NCBI GenBank assembly: GCA_051362555.1
Contig: CM120640.1
Coordinates: 63,342,788-63,406,787, forward strand
Direction: 5' to 3'
Source of the DNA: Lingula anatina
Lineage: Eukaryota; Animalia; Brachiopoda
DNA: 64,000 bases
Positions 13,507 to 25,000 of the stretch are shown piece after piece. Each line of letters starts with the position of its first letter. Positions within the stretch are counted from its first letter, which is position 1. The notes under the pieces were generated by a model. That model searched no databases and was not told the DNA's origin. It worked only from the letters and a program-made list of their open reading frames with translations. The translations under genes were made by a program, and so were the position numbers.

Positions 13507-14536
13507 TAATGAAAAATCATTTCATTTCCTGTCTTGCAAAACTTAGTATAGTTTTTTGTATATATTTAAGTATATATCTTAAGAATAAAAGCTTCTGTTA
13601 TCTATTATATATAAGCATTTTTATGTTTTTGATAATATTATTTATATTTTATTTCCATGTGTGCAGTATCATTCTCCAGCTTGGGACTTGTAAGTTTTTA
13701 CCTCTGTGGTAAATTCCATGTGTTTAATGCACGAGGCAGAGGACAAGCCTGGAGAATGTGCATTTCCTGGTGCCCTCTCCTCTCAGCAGGTCTTATTGCT
13801 CTATCCCGGACTTCAGATTATCACCATCATTGGCAAGGTAACATTTCATCTTAATTATTTAAATCCTGAGTTTTCATAAAATCTGTACCTTGTGTTACTG
13901 TTTACTCATACAGGTATAAATATCTGGAAAACCTGATGCCAAGGTCACAAATAGCTTACTTTTAATATACCTTTACATGCTGAGGTACAGCAGTTATCAA
14001 GCTTTGGGCTAAGGTCATTTTAATAATTGATGAATTTCAGATAAAAGCATCCTATCTTGAAAAAAATTTCTATGCAAAGGCATAGTCTTGGTAAGACTGT
14101 TCATAATTAGTGCAAGTTTTTTTTCTTGAGTCAGCTGATCCAGCTGCTGCAAAGTAGAACCAAACACCATTGCCTGGTCTGCTGGTTAAATTTGCCAGAT
14201 CTGATTTTCAAGCGTGTGTGTGTGAATTTTAGCATGTATTTCTAATTCATTTTTTTTAGTATTTTTGTTTAATTATATTTTAGTGTACATACTCATCACG
14301 GCTTCAACAGTTTCTTCTTTATTCTTTCAGATGTTCTGGTAGGATCCCTGCTTGGGTTCAGTCTAGGATATTTGTGCTATCGGCAGTATTATCCAGCTTT
14401 ACATGATCCTAATTCTCACCAACCTTATATTGCATTTGAGTCTCATTTACATGATGTTGGGGATATTAAAAAGCATGCAGGACCTTCACATCCTTTGGGG
14501 GTTGGTGATCTCCATCAATTAGCAAAAATAATTTGA
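10103..14536 (+). CDS. PLPP5: Phospholipid phosphatase, PLPP4/PLPP5 (PPAPDC1) family, ~278 aa
   Basis: Exons 10103-10179, 10656-10761 ([17 protein letters not shown]), 11863-11950, 12902-12965, 13116-13240, 13667-13837, 14331-14536. PAP2 motifs C1 KLIIGRPRP, C2 PSGH and C3 [12 protein letters not shown] are all present. Probably co-orthologous to PLPP4 and PLPP5. Confidence 0.92.
10459..10499. repeat. (TA)n(GA)n microsatellite
   Basis: Read directly from sequence. Confidence 0.9.
12557..12645. mobile_element. Decayed relative of the MITE at 48244-48460
   Basis: Shares the TAAGACTG..TTCCCA...TAGAT.GATC start and GGGGGTTC...CTAAATTGCT.TCAGCT with that element. Confidence 0.5.
13446..13502. 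repeat. (TA)n microsatellite
   Basis: Read directly from sequence. Confidence 0.95.
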
Positions 14537-16670
14537 TATTTTCATTTATTTAATACACATATTTTAAAATTGATGTGAAATGTTTGTCTTGAATAAGAGT
14601 AAAATAAGTATTTGATATATCCAATGTTTGTTGTTTTTTTCATGAAAATGGAGAAAGTAGTAAATCCATTTTGGAGAATGGATTTTATTTTTGAAAGACT
14701 ATAGGCCTATGTAAGAATGCACTTGCATTCAAAAGTCAAGACCAGTAGCCAAAAGATGAAGTATTTTGACAATCAACTGAAACAGACCGACTTTATGAAT
14801 TACAGTTCTGTTGTTTTACAAATTTTGAAAAAAAGGGATAAAAATGTGGGAGCTATATAATGACAACTATTTCAAAAGATGTCTTACTAGACAGAGTGCA
14901 AAGTGGCAAGCAATAATCGATCGATTTTGATTGCATTTTGATGTAAATTCCCAAAGAGGACCACATCTTACAGCTTCGTATTCGTACGTATATCAACTAC
15001 TTTATTCTAACTCGCGGTGAAAGTGAAATAAAAGTTATCCATTTCATCCTTGAACAGAGAGAATCAAGAGAAGACAAACAGCATCTGGCACTTCAATATA
15101 ATTTTATTTTTATATTTGAACTGGAATTACCGACCAACGACAATTAAAATAAACCTTGCAAAATGCAGAGCATTTTTGCAAGGCAATAAATTCGGGTCCT
15201 ATCTACAGTTTACCTACGATCTACCTAATCTTGCTAATTATGTAAAATTTTAAAAATTGAAGGATTTGTGGCACCCTGTACGCAGCCAACCCGCCACTGT
15301 TATGATCTGTTATGTGGCTAGGGGCCAACTGCTTTTGTGCATCAATATTCTTTGAATCATACTTTGCTTTCGTTCACCACAGACTACTGTCGCCAGAAAT
15401 CATTTTGCTGTAAACAAAATACAATATTAGGAAATATTTAAAAGTCCATTGGATCAATTCCAGGTGTTATTTTAGTCTCGTTCCAAAAACTAAATTAGAT
15501 TTAGAATCCGATTGAAACCCATTGTTTGCCACACATTTTAGATTTTAGGTTTTTAAATAGTAAAATTAGGCAAACGTGGGGTCGTTTAGCTGTGTGCTAA
15601 CTTTTAACCTTCTTTATTAAATAACACGTTTTAAAACATTTTATTCATCCAAGCTATTATGGAACTCGATGCGTTTTTACCTGACTGTTCTTACAAAATT
15701 TAATAAAATACCAAAAGAGAAGAATTGAGTGGAGTGGTCAACGTCATTACAAAGACATACTGTTCATGAATAAGTGCTGCGACATTTGATACTAAAATTG
15801 TTTTAAAAGAACATTTTTAAAAGTAAAACGCCGAGCCGATGCGGTTATAAATGTCTTTTGTACAAACACATTAAAATGTTGTTGTTAATGAATTCCATTT
15901 CCAAAAGTGAGGACAATTTTACTTACTTTAAAAATAGAAACGATAATAATTTGTTTTGATTTGTTTATATCATTCTCGGTTAAATTTCTTCCATCTAAGC
16001 ACTGGGGAGCCTGAAAGCAATGTTGAAGATAATAAAGTTCTCGGTCCAAACTACTCATTTCGTCAAATTTTGTCAAAAATTGTCTTTTTTTTTTCATAAG
16101 GATTTTATAGGCGCAGTTTTATTTCTGGGTGCACTTTCTTCATGAAATACGATCATTTGTCAACTAATCTCTGACACGCGCGTGATAAGCCTGTGTTGTT
16201 TTACAGCCTCGGGTCGAAAGGTGCTGTTTATCCTAAAGTTATTTAGAAACTTGTTCTTTGTCACAAAACAAAATGCTAATGTACGTAAGCGTATACAGCC
16301 TGTTTATTTAATGAGCAGGTCTTGTTTTTGGAAGGTTTTATGAAACTGAATCGATACAAAAGCATCATCGCTGATTGAATTACAGCACAGTTCTCTACTT
16401 TCATTCAGCGACAATCGACGGCCTCAGTCACATTCATGGTTCAATAAACCCATTTATCACCGTGATTAACGCATAGTGTATAGCATTCGCGGTGACCATG
16501 GCACCGGTAGCTGAAACCTGAAAGCTATACTCGGGGTGAGAAACGTCTCGAAGGGAAGGCAGTTGGTTATTGCTTAAAAATATTCATATGCAGCGGTTAT
16601 TGCTTTAAAGATCTTCATCGAGAGGGGGTATTCAAAATTTCTTCAACGGTGGGAAAGTGACATTTGCAAG

Positions 16671-17657
16671 ATGCCTCATGCAGTGTTAATCAACGGCGGA
16701 CTTTCCCAGCCGTTGGGCTTCAGAACTTGCAAGTTCAGCCAGCGATCTCCGCGTTCTATTCTACCTCACCATGACACCGGGGCTTTTGTGACTCTGTATA
16801 AAAACGTACCAGAGAGATTTCTTCCAGATGGAGTAAAAAATGACAAGAAAAGAAAACACATTAAAAACCAGAAAGACCTCGATGATGTTTTGCAACTCAT
16901 TCAACAGCTTCGACTGCCTTCGCGTAATTTCTCCGGAATGAGATTGAGACTCTATGACCAGTCTGCATTTTTAAGGCGAAGTGCAGATCGGCTGTGTTTT
17001 ACGCCTCCAAGAGCAGATCCCCCTCCGGTTGATCGCGGAACCAAAGTTTCGAGCGAAGAAATCCAGGTTATCACCAACCGTCTGTCTACATATGACCCTG
17101 CCAAAGTACCCGAGTCCAAGGGTTACCAAACGGAGAGCCCGGGGCTTCCTGAAATTCCCAGAAAAGTTTTAAGTGATGAAGAAATCATGCAAGTAATAAC
17201 GCGCCTTACGCAGTTCGATCCGCTCAGATATCCGCCAGAATCAAAAGCAGTGATTCCGCCGCTAGCGACGTCGCATGAAATGAGAAAATTACCAGTTCTG
17301 ACAGCAGAAGAAGTGGATCGTATAGTGCAAAGACTCTGCGTTTATGATTCAACACGATGGCCTCCCGAATCTAAAATCAACCTGCCGCCCCAGCGCCCGT
17401 CCCCAGAACAACTCAAAGTGCAGACAAAAGCTGTGAAAGATTCCGATTTACAGTTTATATTAGACAGACTTGGCAATTACAATGCCAAACGTTGGCCACC
17501 AGATTCTCGCGGTGAACTAAGGGACCCGCCTAAACCAAAACCAAAGATCAGCAAGGAGATAACAGACCAGGCTAAGGAAATCATGGACCGTTTGGTGAAA
17601 TATGACAGCACCCGCTGGCCACCAGAGTCCAAAGGGACGAAGGTAGCGCAAGAGTGA
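16671..17657 (+). CDS. Intronless 328-aa uncharacterised protein with five ~45-55-aa repeats (EEI..I..RL..YD..RWPPESK)
   Basis: A 987-nt open frame in AT-rich DNA with good start context (CAAGATGC). The repeats are conserved as protein but diverged as DNA, which implies purifying selection. Confidence 0.85.
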   Translation: MPHAVLINGGLSQPLGFRTCKFSQRSPRSILPHHDTGAFVTLYKNVPERFLPDGVKNDKKRKHIKNQKDLDDVLQLIQQLRLPSRNFSGMRLRLYDQSAFLRRSADRLCFTPPRADPPPVDRGTKVSSEEIQVITNRLSTYDPAKVPESKGYQTESPGLPEIPRKVLSDEEIMQVITRLTQFDPLRYPPESKAVIPPLATSHEMRKLPVLTAEEVDRIVQRLCVYDSTRWPPESKINLPPQRPSPEQLKVQTKAVKDSDLQFILDRLGNYNAKRWPPDSRGELRDPPKPKPKISKEITDQAKEIMDRLVKYDSTRWPPESKGTKVAQE

Positions 17658-19129
17658 AATATCCGAACTGTTTGTATAACGTGGTGCTACATATAATAGC
17701 TGTCTGTTCTACGAAACCAGCCGCCTACGGGGGTTGGGATGGGACAAACGTAAGGCGTCATAAATACATGTACAAAGAAATTTGCCTAATGTAAGTAGGC
17801 CCATGTTTATTGCCTGGGCTACTCTGGACCAAGTGGAAAAGGTACAACTGCCTGCTCTGTACACACGTGTTTAATAGATTTTCACCGAGACTGGAGTTGC
17901 TGTCAATGCGACTAAAAAAACCACAAATACTTAGTTAACGTTGTATTCGAGTTGTACGTGCAGCTTGTTTTTTGTTTGAAATACACTCGAAAAAAATATA
18001 CATGGAATTAGGGTAGACTTGTCACGTGTCGCATTTCTCTTTAACCTATTATCAAAGACCGTAGGCTCGTGTTCACGTTATAGTTACGAAGTACAAATTA
18101 CGTTTTAAATTCCACATCACCATTCATGAACTCAGATTGGTAGTTTTGGGACATGATATTTATCACTGCGTTTTGTGCAAATTCCACAAATGCTTCCATG
18201 TGCCTTGGACAGCACGAACAGTCCACGCCTTCAATAGCAAACCTGTATAAAAAGACAATGGTTTAAATAGCCATCACATTTTAAATAATGCGTATTTTTG
18301 TTGGTTTTACATAAAAATATATTTTAATAGTCTTGACTTATTTTAGTTCAGTTGATATTTCTTATTCATCGCGTTAAAATGTCATTTTTTAAGTACACGA
18401 GGAATTGTCAAACGAAACGAGTACCTGACAAAACTTTGAAAGTAATGCACTTATCATAGGTAGCGAAACAGCCGATAGTGCGATTTCTAGTCGTAGCACG
18501 ACGTGACTAGAAAGGCTATATGATTTTTTCCTAAATTTTCATCTTCCATGTACAAACATCATTGTAACTGGAAAAATCCAGGGACTGGTCTCTGTGTTAG
18601 TCATCAATGTATTTCTACGGAAACACACGGAAACTAAACACGCCCAAACATCAAAAGCTTTTGACTAGTTGCTCGTGTTTCATTTTGCGGGAATGATTGT
18701 GCCAATGACGCAATCTGAGTGGTATTTCTATCTTGGCCAATTTTTCATTTGAGTAAACAAAAGTAGTCATAATAGGTTTAGTATCATGTTAAATGTGGAT
18801 ATTCTATAAATACTATGAAGAATGATACTCTTTATTATATCACGTGAAAGTCTGGATCCAAAATAATGAAAATCTACGAAATGCAGGTATTCATAAAATA
18901 CAAGTACATTGCGCAAAAAAAAAAACAAAAAAAAAAAAAAAAAAAAAAAAAAAAACGATGGTACTGTACATCGGTAGAATGACATCGTCTTTATTTCCAT
19001 CTTCTCATAAACAAACACATTCTTGATCTAAAAAATATGCAAACTTTGTCCGATATTATCAATTCTAAAGAAAACACAGAGACATTTTTAAACACTCACT
19101 GAAAACACTTATATTAATACATGAAGTAC

Positions 19130-21858
19130 TTAATCGGAAGCAGCATCACATGCAGTTATAACAGTTGACCAAAATTTACACTCCACGTCCAGCACCTTTA
19201 ACTGTTTGTCTGAGAAAAACTGCACGAGGCACGGTTGGTCCCTTGATATTGTGTTCCCATGACAAAGCTGTCCATATTCATTCCAACCCCATGTCAGGAG
19301 TCTTCCAGCATCTGGAGTTGTTCACATGACAATTAGTACTACTTGAAATCTCTCCTCACAAAAATGTTTATACAGGCAACTACAGTGTAACAATGAAAGT
19401 CGTCTACCACATTGAAAAAATTAACTATGCATGTTTTGTCACAAATTTATCTTTAAATCATTTGCAGATGATTCACAAAAATAAAAATAGGTGTGCTATG
19501 AAATGTTTCACATTTCTACCAAAAAATATTTCCCTACCTGTTAATACTGCTGTATGTCTAGCCCCACAGCTCACTTTCACTATCATAGGTTCCTTGGGAA
19601 AATCCATCAAAAAAGGCAATGACTGTACATTAATTTCTAGCATCTGAGTCTCGGAACCCTCACAGTAACTTTTCCTATCTTCAGTATGTGACTTCATAGT
19701 ACGATTTTCTTCTGCTCCTTTGTTCAGATTTGCTATATTTTTACATGGTAATCCCAACTGGCCTGCCTCATTCCAGCCCCAGATGTAGACATCTCCAATG
19801 ACTGTATAAAAAACCGCATCATATCATGGCCATGCTACTTACTGACAAACAAACCAATAAAAATAAACCTTTATTGGAAATTACATATTTGCAGAGGTGT
19901 AAATATGCTTGCAATTCACCATTCAAAGTTGTATAAAGAAAAAGAAATCAAATTACCACTAACAACAGCAGAATGCCAGCCACCTGCAGAAACACTAAGA
20001 ATATTTACACCACCAAGAGCCTCCACAAAGGTTGGTTGTTTTACCATCTCGTTGCCACCATGTCCTAGTTGGCCACGGCTACAATGATTATCACATTTAT
20101 TTATTCATGATAAAAAATATTTCTTATCACATAGTCATTGCAAATTTTATACAGAATTGCAAAATGGACAAATGATATATCTTGCACTGATTCAAAAGCA
20201 ACATTTGAATATATTACAAGACATGCTATCTGAACCAATTCTGTACAAATTTGACCACCAAAGAATTTAGAAAATTGAACTTTTCCCCCTCATTATTTCA
20301 GTATTGTGATTAAATAAATTTTGAGTACATAAACTGTAGTAAAAACCACATTTTCTTTAGTGATTTAAGTGTGGGTGTAGCTCACTATCATGTAAACCAA
20401 TGATAAATACCTTCCTCCTCCAAATGTTAGAACTTCCCCACTGTTCGTTAGAAGAATCACATGTTCCTTTCCACAGCTGACAGCCAAAATTTTATGTGCT
20501 GACAAACGCAATGGTACAAACAAAGGATTGCACTTCAGATCTTGGATTACACAAACTTCCCCGGCTTCTAGAAAACATTTGATGTGTTCTATTTACAAAG
20601 ACGATGACAGTCTCTTTCCCATGAAAACATAGTCATAACTGTATGCAAAATGATTTCTTTAAGGATGCACTTAAAATCAAAATTTTGCCACAAAACCCTA
20701 ACCAAATGCCACCATAATATAGTTTCAAATAGTGTAACTTAGAGAAATCATAAAGGACATAATTTCATATTTCCCCCCAAAAATGATACATGTATTTGAA
20801 TGGATATCTTCCATTTTCTTTTTGTGCTGTAAATATCCCTTAGCAGTCTTATTTGAATAAGTACGTAATTGTGTGCACAGCTATACATCTATACACGGGA
20901 GTGAGAGTGATAATTATGCAAAGAGCATGCAGTACTTAGTCATCTGGCAGATCTTGATGAACTGGAAGGGCAGATAAGTATGTCAATTTAGGACCAAAAA
21001 TTGAAGAAGGTGCAGTTTTAAAGTTTTTTTTTTTTTTTGACTGAATGAGAGATTAATTTGGTTTATGACTTGGCATGTCAACTTTATTTTAGTCATATAA
21101 GAAACTAATAGGAGTGGTTCTTAAGCATTTCTGGAAATCCACGTTCACTTTATGTGTGACTTAAAATAATGACTTCATGCACACTTGAAAATAACCCATT
21201 TTATCCACTTATAATAGATTTAATCTAAATTGAAGATACATTTTTTTCTTAAAATCATCAGTAAATGATAAAAATAGATAATAAGCCCCATGAAACATTT
21301 TCATATTGCACTGTTGCATGATATAGGCATTAAAACACTTCTAGTGTACCTGTCAATGAAATGGTGTATTGTTCACCACAAGCAATCTCTTTCGCTGAAC
21401 ATTGAGGCAACTCTTCTAATCCCTGCTTTCTTAACTGGTAACATTTGCTATTTTCTGTCAGAACAAAAGTTTGTCTTACAGATGCTTCTATGTGTTTTAC
21501 TTTCTCTTGACACAGGATTTCCTGGACATTTTGGCGAAAACCTCTTATACTGATGCACCTGGAATCTGAAAGCCATAAGATTAGTTCAAATTCTATTTAC
21601 AAAACAAAAATCGCCAAAACTTAACAAGTCATGATAAGTCAGACGTACTTTCAAAGTTCAGTAACTGCTCTTGACATTAATTAAAACCAGACCTTTTATA
21701 ATGAAAAGTTTATCCCATCCTATAAATATTTTGTCCTTTGTACTGTCGTCTGCTAGAAGGGCAACACTGATTTTCTTCGGTGATGGTATTGCAATTTTGT
21801 CCTCATCTTTGTTTATTTGTCCAAAAGTATTGTGTCCACAGTAGAAGATAACTTTCAT
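19130..21858 (-). CDS. RCCD1: RCC1 domain-containing protein 1, ~368 aa
   Basis: Exons 21858-21693, 21565-21350, 20567-20411, 20078-19957, 19801-19538, 19311-19130 give 1107 nt in frame. RCC1 blades: VSCGKEH, GSRGQLGHG, VSAGGWHS, WGWNEAGQLG, VSCGARHT, WGWNEYGQLCHG. Confidence 0.88.
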
Positions 21859-22099
21859 TAGTCAATTAAATGAACATGTGTTCCATTTCGATATATAGAT
21901 CTAAATATGAACGTTTTACTGGACAGTCTGAAAACCAAAACGGTCGTCTCTCGTCTCCTCCATTACACAGGAAATGAGTGAGAGGAAGTGAAAACATTGC
22001 TCTTTACTCATTGGTGAAATTATAGTTATTTGACCAATCGTGTATCGCATAGATGAAAAGTGCAGCAATCTGCAAATTGATATCCGGTAAAACGGCAAG
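21859..22099. promoter_or_regulatory. Putative bidirectional promoter, RCCD1 / PSMD4
   Basis: Only 241 bp separate the divergent ATGs. Opposed CCAAT boxes (ATTGG ~22010, CCAAT ~22035) and GGAAGTG/GGAAATG ETS-like sites (~21970-21990). Confidence 0.7.
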
Positions 22100-25000
22100 A
22101 TGGTGCTGGAAAGTACTATGGTGTGGTAAGTTTTGCTAAAATTATTCACCTTTGTAAATGCCGTAGTGTTTCCTTTTTAGGTGACAATAAAATAAAGTAT
22201 TTTTATGATTATGAGAGAAAACAACATGTACACTGATGAAGTACTTTTAGCTTGAGTAATGTGTAAAGTTTGGCCGACTTGTGATGACATGACAATTACC
22301 AAGATTTTTCGATGGTTGATATTGCCTTGTAAAATAACACAAAAGCTATTAAGTTAATTGCCAAACTAATTTATTTGGATTACAGAAACTATACTCGAAG
22401 GCCCTATATAAATGAATTTAAAAGCAATTTAAAATAAAAGACTTTAGGGTGGGGGAGTACTCAAAAAGTAGCGCTCTTTCTTTGTAGACTTTCTTTGTAT
22501 GGATATTTAACAGTTCTTTGAATAAAAAAATGTAAGACACCATGCAGTTTACGCCAAGCAGCTAATGGTCCATTGACAAGTGTATGTTTTAATAAAGATG
22601 TAAATGCAAGTCTTACAAGTGCAATATAAAATTTCACGATTAAGCAATTAAGCATATATATTTAAATGTGTGTAGTTATATTTAATTTTTCTTTTTCCAG
22701 TGTTGACAACAGTGATTTCATGAGAAATGGAGACTTCATTCCAACACGTATGCAGGCCCAGCAGGATGCTGTCAACCTTGTGTGTCATTCCAAAACCAGG
22801 TCAAATCCTGAGAACAATGTTGGTTTGCTTTCAATGGCAACGTAAGTGCTTTTATTATCTAATGTTAAATTGATATTCTCCCTTTATATGATGATATATG
22901 ATTCATGTTTATGTCAACATCATGATTTTCAAAACCTACCAGTGTTGGACAGGTTGTTTTTTATGGATATTCAACAGTCAAATGTTTATATACATTTATA
23001 ACCTTAAAAATAGTAGTTTTTGAAAACTGTTTACTTTAGAATCTCTGATGGTCTTTTTCTGTCCAAATTGCTGCAAGGCACAAATCTTTTGTGAAATATT
23101 TGCTTTAACCTCTGTTTTTGATTTTAGCTGTGAAGTTTTGTTGACCCTTACATCTGATGTTGGTCGTGTGATGACTAAGATGCATCACATACAACCCAAA
23201 GGGGATATTCGCTTCGTAAATGCTGTTAGAATAGCTCATGTAAGTTGTTGCTTTTTTCACTTTTTTCAAACAAATTGAAAGTCAAATTCATTCTTTGTAT
23301 ATTTGCCATTCCATTGTGCATGATTGCACAGAATTTTTTGATTGACTCTCTGCATTTCACTCCTGTCCTTAAAAGTTGCTAAATTTGTATTTGTTTATAT
23401 TCAGATTTTATTTTTGTGATTATTTTAGCTGGCTTTGAAGCACAGACAAGGAAAAAACCATAGGATGAGAATAGTTGCCTTTGTTGGAAGCCCTATTGAA
23501 GAAGATGAGAAGGAGGTTTGTATATATTTCTTGAAACTCATTGGTAATAAGTTATATTTGTCTTTTTTATATAAGTTCATAACATAAGTTCATATTAAGA
23601 TTTGGTAAGGTTTTCATCCACCCGAGAAATTTAATGAGAAATTTGTGCAATGGGAGATTTTATTATTTTCTTTTATCATTTCTTTTAGCTTGTCAAACTT
23701 GCAAAAAGACTCAAAAAGGAAAAAGTCAATGTGGATATTGTAAATTTTGGAGAAGAGGTAGGGTAGCTTTCAGACAGGATAAGCACTTTTTTGTTTATAT
23801 TTTAAGACATTCTTTGAAAGCATGATCCCAGCTGTGCATTAATGCAATACATTTGTATGTTATAGATTTTTTCCCCTGTATGAGCCTACATGTGTGATCT
23901 CATATTAAATGTTGTATTTTAATCTTTTTATTTTTTGCTTTAAAATAAAATATAAAAGTTATTTGTATATGGTGTGTTTGATATGTAATGTAATTATAAA
24001 GCTTCCTTTAAAGAATTGCCCCCTTATGCTTCTAAGTGCTTGTTTTGAAGAGATATTCCATTATTAGATTATATTAAAAGAATTCTGATTGACACATAAA
24101 TGTCTTTGTCATTTGATCTGATGTATCTTTAAATGGTTGTATATTTTTCAGAATACCAACACAGAAAAGCTTATCAATGTAGTAAACACAATAAATGGAA
24201 AAGATGGAACTGGGTAAGTTTTTATGATGCTGTTTTGTATTTTTTTAATGTGCTGTCTTGTAGGGAACTGATTTAAGATAATTGCTTCTACTTGTAGTGT
24301 TTAAGAAATTTATATTTTGTCATGAGAATAGTATTTAAAAACATTAAAATTTAAAAGTTGTATTGGTACATATGTTTTATCCATGAAATTCATGCATTTT
24401 TCACTTCATTTGCATTTCTCATACAGGATAACCCAAACTGTCTTTGTAATATTTTTTCAGCTCTCACCTAGTGACTGTACCAGCGGGCCCAAACCTGTCT
24501 GATGCACTTTTAAGCTCCCCAATTATCAGAGGAGAAGATGGAACGGGACCTGTTCCAGGGATAGGATCAGGTGGATTTGAATTTGGTGTTGATCCCAATG
24601 AAGACCCAGAACTGGCTTTGGTGAGTAATATGTCAATTTTATTTAAATTGTTGTTGTATGTGAATATGTTTGTTCATTATTTACGTAACCAAAATGGCTT
24701 TAGACAAAGAAAGGGAACAATTGGTTAAATTCTGGCAATTAGCCACCTTCTAGAAGGGCTCAAGCAAGGAAGCTACCTGCAGTCGTAACCTTTGTTGATT
24801 TCTGGAAGGCCTTCGACGGCATCCATAGAGTGAAAATGTGTAGGATTTTGTCAGCCTGTGGTATCCCTGAGAAGATTGCCTCAGCCATCAGCAATATGTA
24901 CCCTGTACAACACCACCAGAGCCAAGATCATATCACCAGATGGGGAGACAGATGTCTTTGATATCCAGGCAGGAGTGTTACATGATGACACACTTACTCC

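Noticed and set aside
18098-18550. Possible extra minus-strand spliced gene (acceptor ~18243, donor ~18425, short hairpin 18485-18513)
   Set aside because: No start-to-stop frame joins the putative exons convincingly and no motif is recognisable. A lncRNA or RCCD1 3' extension cannot be excluded.
22885-23050. Intronic C/D snoRNA (ATGATGA...CTGA) in PSMD4 intron 2
   Set aside because: The boxes are too far apart, there is no terminal stem or recognisable guide, and such motifs are common in AT-rich DNA.
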